A stretch of 36,491 bases of DNA, from NCBI RefSeq assembly GCF_006345805.1, contig NW_021831675.1, positions 1 to 36,491 on the forward strand, written 5' to 3'. Source of the DNA: Octopus sinensis. Taxonomy: Eukaryota. Under the pieces are notes generated by a model that was given only the letters and a program-made list of their open reading frames with translations, made no database searches and had not been told where the DNA came from. This document shows, in pieces, positions 22,825 to 32,640 of this stretch. Position 1 is the stretch's first letter. Every line of letters begins with the position of its first letter. The position numbers and the translations under genes are program-made.

Positions 22825-25814
22825 AAACTGATATCCTGGCTGGATTAAATTCTGCAATTTATCATATTACAAAAGATGATCCGCCCCAAGATATTAATCA
22901 AATTACCGATATTCTATATGCTGCACAGTGTGCTTATTTGGCCTTAACTACGAGAGCCAGACCACAGAGCACATGGTTGGAAAACACGGAAAGAAAAATC
23001 TCTAAATTGGCAGATGAAATTGACACAGTTCGTTCCTTCTCCAAACAAACCTTGCCTCAGGCAGAAAAGCAAAAGGCAATGGATGTTCTCTGCCGCTACG
23101 GATATAAGAAGTCTAAGAAGGGGGAGCTAACCAGAATTGAGACTCTATTGAATGATCTAATTAGAATCAAAAAGAAACAGATATCTATCCATTCCTCGAG
23201 GAAAAATTTCCGGAAAGACCGCAGAAGATTTTATCGAAACTTATCTTCGAGCAACGAAGCCACCCTGTATGGGTTTGGTGATGGTGAGTGCTTATCATTT
23301 TGGGAAGATGTCTGGAGCAAGAAAAATATGGGGCCCGTAGTTTATGATTTTGTGGGTGTGAGGTGTACTGGCGGTGAAACCATGCGACCTCAATTCACAA
23401 GTGATTTTATTATGGATATGCTCAAATATGCACCTGACTGGAAGGCATGCGGATGCGACGGAACGTATAACTTTTTCTTAAAGAAGATGGATTCTTTGCA
23501 TGGGTTTCTGTGTAAAGAGATAGTCCGAATAATTAATGGAGAGTACACGCCTGATAGCTGGTTTTACACTGGCGTAACTTACTTGATCCCTAAAAAAAGT
23601 GAGTGTGAGACCCCGAAGGACTTACGCCCTATAACGTGTATGCCAACTTTGTATAAACTTGTCACCAAATGTGTTAATGCCAAACTGGCCGATTTCATCG
23701 AGGCATTTGGCTTAATCTCAGATAATCAGCTTGGGACGAGGAAGCAATGTCAAGGCGCCAAAGAGCAAGCCCTTATTAACCAATGCTTAAATAAGGAGTA
23801 TGGAAATGGCCTCTATTCTGCTTGGGTCGATGTGAAGAAGGCATTTGACTCAGTTGATCACGAGTTCTTGTTCCACGTATTGGATTGCTCTGGAATACCA
23901 CATTGGATTGTCAACTTTGTAAAGAACATAGTCAAGAAGTGGACAGTAAACTTACATATCGATGGGAAAAGAATTGGGAAAGTAAAGTTAAGCCGGGGAA
24001 TACTCCAAGGAGATTCATTGTCCCCGCTGCTATTCGTTATGGCGATGGATCCCCTAAGCAGGATGCTTAACTCCATGTTTCCCAAACTCGAAATTAGTCG
24101 GGAAGATCCCAATATGTTGACATACTCCACCAATCATTTCTTCTTTATTGACGATCTGAAAATAGTTGCCCTCAAAGAAGATGTGTTAGTCAAAATGATG
24201 GAGGCTGTTAATGGATTTTTTGAAAGTGTCGGCCTAGAGATGAATTCCGAAAAATCAGCATCTAATGTGGAATCTTTATCATGCTGTAAGACTGTCGATG
24301 GAATCAACGGATATCGCTACTTGGGTGTACTTGAAGATGGCGGAAGTAATGTTCTCAAGAATAAAGTTATGGACTCTATATTGAAGAATGTCAAGAAGAG
24401 GATAACTATGTTGTCAAAAACAAACCTGAATGCTGTAAATTTGTTTCGTGGAATCGATGAATATGCATTATCCCTATATAATTATTATATTGGGCTAATC
24501 AATATTGAACCTTACGAATTTGATGAGATTGACCAACAAATACGCCGATTACTTACGACTCTCAAGTTACACCTCCAGCCTGCAAATAAGGAGAGGTTGT
24601 ATTTGGACCGCAAGACCCTTGGAAGAGGACTTTCAAAAGCGAATTAATGCTCTTCCAGTTTCTTAAAAGTTTGGAAAAACAGTCGACTACCTGTCTGCGG
24701 AGGTCGGGTATTCTGCGAGTAATAAATGGAAAAAAATGGCACTTAGCCACAATCGCAGAATTTCTTGTCTCCAAATATGCAGCTGTCGGCAGGGAAAATC
24801 TGACCATTGAGTTACTGAAGGACGCACAAAGGAAACTCTTGCTTAACCGAATTAACAGTAAATCACTACACTCGGTGATGTTCAAATGTATGGAGGAATC
24901 AGATGTCGACATATCTACTTCTTCGCAATGGCTATCGAAAGGGAACAATGGTCCACGAAGCGAAGCATTGTACTGTCTTTTGCAAGATAGGAATTTGTTC
25001 TTTGCATACACGGGATCACTATGCGTCCACTGCAAAAAAAGCAGGCAGACTGTTGACCATCTAGCCACGCGGTGTGGTAGGATGCTAAACAGTGATTATC
25101 TCCGAAGACACAACGAAGTGGTAAAGTGTATTCATCTCCACTTGTGTCGAATGTATGGAATAAAACGAAGCAGGAAATTGAAAGGACATTCAGTCGTGTC
25201 AACAATGTCGACCCAAAATGTCGAAATCAGAGTTGACACTTCAATTATGACTGAAACAAAGGTTCAATTCAATAAACCTGATATCTTCGTTTATGACAAG
25301 AGGAAAAGAGAAATTCATTTAATCGAAGTGGGAGTTACCTCGCAAGACCGTTTAAAGCAAGTTGAAGTGGAGAAATTTCACAAATATGACCTGCTTGCAA
25401 ACGAACTGTCGGTTCTCTATGAAGCAAAAGTGAAGATTATTCCAATTGTCTTGACATGGGATGGAGTTGTCTCAAAGTTCTTTAAAAGTCATATGGACAA
25501 ATTATCCATTGAAGAAGGAACGAGGACATACATCCAGTCGGTTGTGCTGAAGAGGACTCTAGAGAGTATGCTTATTGAACACAGACATGGGATGAAGGTA
25601 GACAACGAGGAGTACGCCTCTGCCGCCAATCAACTTGCGGAGCTGGCATTTCGTGAGGACACTCAGTTGAACAATTACTTTGACGCAGAAATGGAAAATG
25701 ATGAGAATTTTGTTGCAAACTCTTCTTCCAAGCGAAGAAGAGAAATCACTGACGATCTGGATTCTTAAATAATTTAAGATAGAATTTACATAATTAATTT
25801 TTATTAAACATTGG
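22267..25814 (+). mobile_element. R4/Dong-like RLE non-LTR retrotransposon, copy 2, diverged from copy 1 and head-to-tail with it
   Basis: ORF1 22267-22824, then RT 22758-24647 and RLE 24647-25768 separated by a small deletion near 24630-24645 relative to copy 1. Confidence 0.9.
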
Positions 25815-26076
25815 ATGCATTGTGTGTTATATTTTTGAATTTGTCTTGAGGAATTAATTCGTAAAAATTAATAAAGGACGCATTTTTGAACAATGCCGCC
25901 AGTTCTATATCATGTTGTAAATTAATGAGTTCAAGTTGAAACTTTGCAGGCGCATCCTTAATTTCCACGCTGAATGGAGTTGCGAATATTTTCATTAAAG
26001 GAAGGAATTCTTTAAAATTCTAAAAATTAAATTTATATAAATGTATCCCAAAACGTGCTTCAAATTGAGTAATGAA
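25815..26076 (-). mobile_element. hAT (SPIN/GTF2IRD2-like) transposase remnant
   Basis: FATPFSVEIKDAPAKFQLELINLQHD...FYELIPQDKF. A ~200-bp near-identical copy lies at 36136-36336. Confidence 0.65.
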
Positions 26077-26159
26077 ATCGCCAATTATGGATATGTTTAA
26101 CCTTAAGAATGAATAATTAAATTTAAACATTATTAAAAAATTTAAAGAGTTAGTTACTC

Positions 26160-26620
26160 TAGAGGGGCTGCAAAAAAAATCCTGGGGGTCACATGCGTTT
26201 GAGAACAGGACAGTCCTGCGTTGTGGACGAGGGCGGATATGCTTGAATCGGACTCGTGGAGCTGCTCTGAGAACTGTCTTACTGAGTCAAATGAGGCCAG
26301 ATCGAGTTCCATCACGTGAATGTTTGGGTTGCCAGTAATGTCTGTGAGTTCTTTGGCTGCAAGCTGTGCTTTGGGGATATTTCGACAGGCTAAGATGACA
26401 TGTGCTCTTCGTTCGGCCAGTCCTTTTGAGACTTCATAGCCAATTCCTTGAAACTTGTTTCGAAGAGTGATCGGCTCTCGGGGTACCGTCATTGCTAACA
26501 TACAAATACAGTCCGCTCCAAGAGTCTAGTTCACAATGCCACAGTATACCCCGAAATGAATGCTTCCGACGAACAAAGCCCCCCTGAAATGCCCGAGCAA
26601 GTGAGAGCGCCTTTTGAACA
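26160..26620 (-). pseudogene. Short-chain dehydrogenase/reductase (RDH11-13-like) N-terminal fragment
   Basis: GIGYEVSKGLAERRAHVILACRN...MELDLASFDSVRQF...LVHNAG. The catalytic YxxxK half is absent and the TGxxxGxG motif is not cleanly recoverable. Confidence 0.75.
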
Positions 26621-26624
26621 TCAT

Positions 26625-27287
26625 AGGAGACATTATTGGGATGGCCTAACTCGATCAGCAAGAGATTAGTCTACATCGTTGTTTTGCCTATAAACGCAAT
26701 TCTCTACGTGACTGTACCGAATGTAGCCAACCAAGTAAAAAGTCGTTTTAATAAGCAATAGAGAATAAAGAGATTGTATATATTGACATTCATAAACAGC
26801 ATCGTCTGGATCGGGGTGTTTTCCTATTTAATGGTATGGTGGGCCAACCAGATCGGGTCCACTCTGGGAATCCCCAACTAAGTGATGGGACTGACCTTCT
26901 TGGCTGCAGGGACAAGTGTCCCAGATCTGATCACAAGCTATATTGTGGCTAAGAAAGGATTTGGAGACATGGCAGTATCGAGTTCCATAGGAAGCAACCT
27001 GTTTGACATTTGTATCGGGTAATAAGAGTATTGTTGATTCAAGACTGCCCTTTCCTTGGCTAATTTCCTGGATGGTCTTCAGGATTCCAATAAACACGAG
27101 CAGTAAAGGACTTTTTTGTTCAGTGCTGATGCTGTTCGCAATGCTGACATTTGTGCTGATAGTAATTGCCCTATCAGGCTGGAAGATGACCAGAGGACTC
27201 GGGGCAGCAATGTTAGTGGCCTACGCGTTCTTCATAGTCATGTCCCTCCTACTGGAATTCCAAATCATAAACTGTGCGTTTTTCTAG
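26625..27287 (+). pseudogene. K+-dependent Na+/Ca2+ exchanger (NCKX/SLC24 family) C-terminal half
   Basis: FSYLMVWWA...[39 protein letters not shown] (alpha-2 repeat). Introns of 27 nt (26735-26761) and 25 nt (27019-27043). In-frame TAA at 26879-26881; N-terminal half absent. Confidence 0.85.
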
Positions 27288-27321
27288 TACAAATAACCTA
27301 TTAACCAAAAGAATAAACTTG

Positions 27322-27962
27322 TTATTTTTGAGGAAATAGTCTTATAACAAACACAACAATCACAAAGCAAACAACTGCAACCATCAATAACCACATCATT
27401 GGACTCCCTTCTTTCGCTCGCCTTGCTTTCACCACCGAATCTTTGAGTCCAGCAGAATTCACTTGAATCAAGTCACTGGCTTTTGTCAATTTCTACCATG
27501 CTTTTACGGACTACCGATTTATCACTCTTCACAATGTCCCTGCTCGTTTCCGTTTTGCTTCGTAAAACGGACGACAACTCAACTACTTGGTCTACCATTA
27601 TATTGAACTGATCCTTGAGTGGACCGAAATCAGTCCCTCCCTCCCACTTGTCTTCTGAAACAGTCGAATCGTCTACAATCATAATTTCAGCTCAACCAAA
27701 TCTTGTCCCCAAAATTCCCTTTAATTTGGCCAGTCTGATCTTGGCGGGTTCATACCCAGTTCTATATATAAGAGAAATTTACTACACGTATTCCACTCCA
27801 TGCTTTGATAGAATGTCTTCCACTGACTCAATGTGCTAAAAATAAAAATCAAATGTCATCAACCTTGGAAAGGGAGTGTGGACTGTATTTTCCAGTTAAA
27901 ATAATTTTATCGCACATGTCTAACAGTCGATTAGCTGATACAATTGCATGTGATGGATTCAT
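27322..27962 (-). CDS. USE1: USE1-like ER SNARE, complete from start to stop, with one apparent +1 frameshift
   Basis: MNPSHAIVSANRLLDMCD...HIESVEDIL...AKLKGIL...QVVELSSVLRSKTETSRDIVKSDK... and a C-terminal transmembrane segment ending IRLFPQK*. Three 24-28 nt introns. One extra base in the T4 run at 27481-27484. Confidence 0.65.
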
Positions 27963-28052
27963 GAGTGATGTGGACAACTAATCAAACTGATCCATTTGTA
28001 TGATTAATTATTAAAAATACTTAAACACATAAAAAACATAATTTATTAAATA

Positions 28053-28675
28053 TCATAACTTTTTAAATAAAAAATGATAGATTAAAATTTGAAAAAAAAT
28101 ATTTTGTTTGGTGGAGGTGAGCAGTTTGCACAACTGCCTAAATAAGGAGAGAATTTCATTAGAACTGAGTGAAACATCAAAGGCGGCATAAACCTTCATT
28201 CCTCCCAAATTCTGCCACATCACCACAAACTTAAACCTGTCTATAGACCACTTCTTTAGTGGTACTAACAACAGCAAATGTGACACCATCTTGAGACAAC
28301 TCATCATTCAATTGCTGATACGCTTCAAAGAGGCGAATCCAGTTTTTTGGGGAGTCGTAAGGCGGTTTTTTGACTGGAATAAGACATTGAGAGTACTCCG
28401 AGGAATAGCACATACAGTGATAAATAGTCTGCAAATTAAATAAATTGCCATAACTGGTGCGTCATTGACCATAAGTGCCAGCTGAGAGCTGAATTTACCA
28501 ATTACTTGAGATTTGACGAAATATGTCCGTACTTGTTCGACAATGTCAACAAGGTTGTCGACTAATCCACATTTGGCGAGAACTACCAGACTCCATCTTT
28601 CATCAGAACTCAAATGATAGACGTAACACATAAGGAATAGACTGAAGGGCCACTTCGAAGGCTCTGGACTTAGTT
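28053..28675 (-). pseudogene. MON1: MON1-like (FUZ/MON1/HPS1 longin domains 2-3) C-terminal fragment
   Basis: YHCMCYSSEYSQCLIPVKKPPYDSPKNWIRLFEAYQQL...TTKEVVYRQ|NLGGMKVYAAF resembles the MON1 C-terminus. Introns of 25-26 nt; N-terminal half absent. Confidence 0.5.
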
Positions 28676-28690
28676 AGTAAAATTACTTAG

Positions 28691-29185
28691 TTAATTAGTT
28701 TCTTTTTTAATAAAGGCATATGATCTATCTATTATATCGTAGGATCTATTTCCTCTATGAAGTCCATATTTTTCACCGTTTCTCATCTTTTATTTAAAAA
28801 AATAAAAATAAACTATTTCTATTTTTTCGTTTAACGCTTGTCCAGATTCTTTTCTATAAAATCTAAAATTGTCTATTTTTCCAAGTGGTTTCCCATATAC
28901 AATCTCTGGCAATCCTATAATATATTTTCTAGATCTCAAACCCTGATACCAAATGTCATAGCTGGTATTTCCACAATTCACGCTGTAAGAGTTATATTGA
29001 TCAATTTTAAATGTTTCACTTATTTCTAGAAATTCATTTTAAAATTTTTTACCAGTCAAATTTAGACATTTTGGGTCTTCAACAAGAGTCCCATTTGACA
29101 AATAAAATAATTCTGAAACATTTGAGATTATTAGAACATTACCTTTGCTTATTACAATTGAAAATAATAACAGTAACAAGAACAT
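28691..29185 (-). CDS. Orphan ~136-aa secreted protein, 4 exons
   Basis: Exons 29185-29143, 29112-29053, 29025-28814 and 28786-28691 join in frame (411 nt) across GT-AG introns of 30, 27 and 27 nt. The N-terminus MFLLLLLFSIVISK looks like a signal peptide. Confidence 0.65.
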
Positions 29186-29778
29186 TTAAACAATTCCGAG
29201 AAAATTCCTTATAAGTGTTTTTATTAAGAAAATTGACACGTTTTCCTTCTTCAATAAATACGCCAATCTTAATAATATGTCGCGAGCGCAGCGCGCGACC
29301 GAGCGCTAGACGCGACTTTGAAACCTAACAAGCCTATCATCAACAAATATATTTATTAAATTATTTAAAATTTTAACATGATTTAAAATTAAAATTGAAA
29401 TAACTTAAGTTTTCCATTGAATCCCATAAAATAATTTATAAGTAGACCTTAATAGAAAAAGTAAAATCAATGAATACTGAACGCTAATTTGGTTTAGGTT
29501 GTGAGGGGGGTAATAATTTGACAGATCTCATTGCTATTTTTTTGTTTTAATCTCTAAAATTAGGTCTTCTAATCAAAAATGAACTGTGCAGACAGGCTTG
29601 CTCCTTCAGAAGATTCTTTTTTTGACATTTTTATAAATTATGAAGCATTTAGATTTTTTCTCATTATTCTAAAATATTAATTATAAATTTTAAAATATTA
29701 TTTTTATTTATGAAATCGGTTTTAAAGCTTATTCTGCTTTGGCATTGATTTTAATTTTTGTTATCGAATATATTTAAT

Positions 29779-32640
29779 CCCAAATACAAGGACGGACTGC
29801 TGAAACTGGGAGTCAAACCCAAGAAGCTAGAAGAGCTCCTATCAGAGAGGAGCTCGCCAGCAAAATGACCACGCCACTAAAAATCATCGCTGTGAATGCC
29901 CGATCTGTCAAGAGACGGCACCTCGACTTCGTTGAGATGGTAAACAGCGGCCATCCTGACTTAATCGTCGTCAACGAGTCTAAGCTGAAAGAAGGTCAAT
30001 GCTTCGAATTGCCAGGATACTGCTCCCTTGACCTGAAATGGAGAAATAACTCTACGCCTGGGACTGGGACGACTATCTACTACCTGCAAAATCTCAAGAC
30101 ACGTAACCTCAACACTATCGAACGGAACCTATGCGAATTTATCTCGCTAGAGATTAAAACCCAGCGCTTTTGGTTAAAAGTGGGCGGAATATATTGCAAA
30201 AACCTTGCTCCATGCATCGGTCTTATCGAAGACTTCTTTGTCAGCTCAAATCATTGCCTCCTCATCGGTGATCTAAACTCCAAACACACGGCATTTGGTT
30301 GTCGCGTGCCCAATCGGGACGGCCGGTTACTTGAAAGAGCGGCAGGTAGGCTAGACGTCTGTGTCCGCACCTCGAAAGCCCGGAACCACCGCTCCCCATT
30401 CGGCTGGGACAACCTTTGCGTAGCACTGAGCTCTCAATCAGTCGCGAATCTTATGGGAGAACCAATAGTACTCGACGATATTGGGAGCGACCACCTGCCA
30501 ATGCAGGTCTGTGTCCACGTCTCGGTAGACACCCAAATCCGTTGCCCACCACGATACACCCTTTCGAACATCAACTGGGCGCACTACCGTTATGCTCTGA
30601 ACTTGTTCTTTCGCAACAACGTACGCCCAGGCAGCTATCAATCTACCTCGGACATCGACAACTCGGGCGCCGAATTGACGGACTTCATGCGACTCTACTT
30701 GGAAGCCCACGCTAGGAGGGTGCGCCCAACTAGCAAGGGCATTACACATCAAAACCCCAAACTTCTCCAACTTCTGGGCGAAAAGAAACGCCTGCGAAAC
30801 AAGCTCAAACGCTGTGCCGACCCAACGGACCAAGGTACCCTAAGGTCGGAAATCTCTCTGCTCAACCACAAAATTGAACTCACAAGAAAGAAAGATCTTG
30901 AGAGGATGTGGAAGAAGGCCTGCTCTGGTCTTAATCACAGGAACCCAAACTTCTGGATAGCCTACAACAGACTCTCTAATCATCTCGTGAACTCTCCGGC
31001 ACCAGAATTATCGAACTCAGCTGGATTGCCTGCGTCGGTGGAGGAAATCCCCAACATATTTGCTGATCACCTGGACCGTCCTCTGCCGGACCATGAGGAT
31101 CGCTGGGGAAACTCACATGCCAGTCCTATAGACCAAGCAGACTCCTTATCTGTTGACCATCACCCAATCACCGCCGCTGAGGTGACCTGGGCCATCCTCT
31201 CGGCGAGGGACAACGCACCGGGGCATGACATGCTACCAATGAAAATGTTCAAAGAAGGCCCTCCGGAACTGTCCGAGTTTTTGGCACGCCTCTTCTCGGC
31301 TAGTCTTCGCTGGAGCCACGTTCCAAGTGCCTGGAAAGTCGCCGAAATCCGGATGATCAAGAAACCTGCAAAACCAGCTAACCTGGCCAGCAGCTACCGA
31401 CCCATAAGTCTAATACCAACGATCTCGAGGCTTATGGAAAAGATTATGACCAAACGCCTCGACTCCTTCGCAGAGCAGAAAAGCGTGCTTCTGCCCCAGC
31501 AGTGGGGTTTCCACTCAGGGCGCAGCTGCGGCGATTGTTTTCTGATTCTCCAATCGATGGCTTTGAAAGCAATTGAGTTCAACGAAACTTTATCCTGCAT
31601 CTGCCTTGACATTTCTAAGGCATTCGACAGCGTATCCCACTCTGACCTATTGGACGTGGTCCGCGGATGTGAGCCAACGAGAGAGGCATTTCTCTGGCTG
31701 AACTGCTTTCTTTCAAACCGTATCTCCTTTGTGTCCCAGTCGGGCTTCCACTCCAGAGATATTCGTCTCCGAAGGGGTGTCCCGCAGGGATCCAGTCTCA
31801 GCCCGCTGCTGTTCAACCTTGTGATGAGCAGCTTTCCTTCCTTTCCCAATCCGCGGACAACTTTTCTCTTGTATGCAGATGACGTCCTCATTATGGATAT
31901 TTCAAAAAGCCCTGCACTCTCCGAGCACCGTCTCTCCAGCTACATCGGAATGATAGAGACCTGGTGTCAGGGTAAACAACTGTCCATTGCTATGGACAAG
32001 TCGGCGTACCTTGAAATTAACTCACGGCGCAAACCGAGGCAAGAACCTAAGATTCTCAGAGGACTTCCCCGCACAAGCCATATTCGCTATCTGGGCTTGA
32101 CGGTAGACGCTAACTCGGAGTACTTACTGCACGTCACTCAGAAAAGGAAAAAGGCCGTTGCGGCCCTTCGCTTCCTGAGGGGTATGCATTTGGCCCCTGA
32201 CACTTTTCTGTTTGTCTTTCGCGCGACGATTCTCCCAAGTCTCTTGTATGGGATGGAGGCGTGGCACTATTCAAACCAATTCGAAAAAATTTTAAAAAAG
32301 TATGAGAAGATCCGACGCTATGCGTTAAAGCTAGCGTACAGATTGGATCTACGCGCGCCGCTACCCAGCTGGGCAGAGGGGAAATTTCCACTAATCAAGA
32401 ATGTCATCCTCGATTCCATCCGAATCTTTCGTCGGAGGTCTCAGGTGTCCGATCTTTTTGTGGATCGTGTCCGAAACTCAATCAGAGAGTGACTCTAATC
32501 AAAGGCCGGCTCGTATACTCTCTTAGGACGAATCTCGGTAGAGCTCGACTGTCCTTGCAGTCGTCTCGTTTAACCTCGTCCAACCTTTTCACTAAGTCTC
32601 TGATTTGCTTACAATAAAACTTTCCATTCCATTCCATTCC
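29779..32640 (+). mobile_element. 5'-truncated APE-RT LINE (clade not determined) inside the TIR element
   Basis: Intact 875-aa ORF2; AATAAA at 32613-32618 then a (TTCCA)n tail at 32622-32640. No clear TSD. Confidence 0.85.
29865..32492 (+). CDS. LINE ORF2 (APE endonuclease plus reverse transcriptase, no RNase H)
   Basis: VNARSV, VNESKL, IGDLNSKH, GSDHLP; APGHD, SYRPISL, LDISKAFDSV, GVPQGSSLSPLLF, YADD. Confidence 0.92.
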   Translation: MTTPLKIIAVNARSVKRRHLDFVEMVNSGHPDLIVVNESKLKEGQCFELPGYCSLDLKWRNNSTPGTGTTIYYLQNLKTRNLNTIERNLCEFISLEIKTQRFWLKVGGIYCKNLAPCIGLIEDFFVSSNHCLLIGDLNSKHTAFGCRVPNRDGRLLERAAGRLDVCVRTSKARNHRSPFGWDNLCVALSSQSVANLMGEPIVLDDIGSDHLPMQVCVHVSVDTQIRCPPRYTLSNINWAHYRYALNLFFRNNVRPGSYQSTSDIDNSGAELTDFMRLYLEAHARRVRPTSKGITHQNPKLLQLLGEKKRLRNKLKRCADPTDQGTLRSEISLLNHKIELTRKKDLERMWKKACSGLNHRNPNFWIAYNRLSNHLVNSPAPELSNSAGLPASVEEIPNIFADHLDRPLPDHEDRWGNSHASPIDQADSLSVDHHPITAAEVTWAILSARDNAPGHDMLPMKMFKEGPPELSEFLARLFSASLRWSHVPSAWKVAEIRMIKKPAKPANLASSYRPISLIPTISRLMEKIMTKRLDSFAEQKSVLLPQQWGFHSGRSCGDCFLILQSMALKAIEFNETLSCICLDISKAFDSVSHSDLLDVVRGCEPTREAFLWLNCFLSNRISFVSQSGFHSRDIRLRRGVPQGSSLSPLLFNLVMSSFPSFPNPRTTFLLYADDVLIMDISKSPALSEHRLSSYIGMIETWCQGKQLSIAMDKSAYLEINSRRKPRQEPKILRGLPRTSHIRYLGLTVDANSEYLLHVTQKRKKAVAALRFLRGMHLAPDTFLFVFRATILPSLLYGMEAWHYSNQFEKILKKYEKIRRYALKLAYRLDLRAPLPSWAEGKFPLIKNVILDSIRIFRRRSQVSDLFVDRVRNSIRE

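Noticed and set aside
24625-24650. Second programmed frameshift in R4-like copy 2
   Set aside because: Copy 1 is in frame here and copy 2 lacks several codons, so this is a deletion; there is no slippery heptamer.
26879-26881. Stop-codon reassignment (TAA/TAG read as Glu/Gln), suggested by the NCKX TAA and the CRE TAG
   Set aside because: The 996-aa and 875-aa ORFs contain no in-frame TAA/TAG, genes end in TAA, and most other apparent stops lie in tiny introns.
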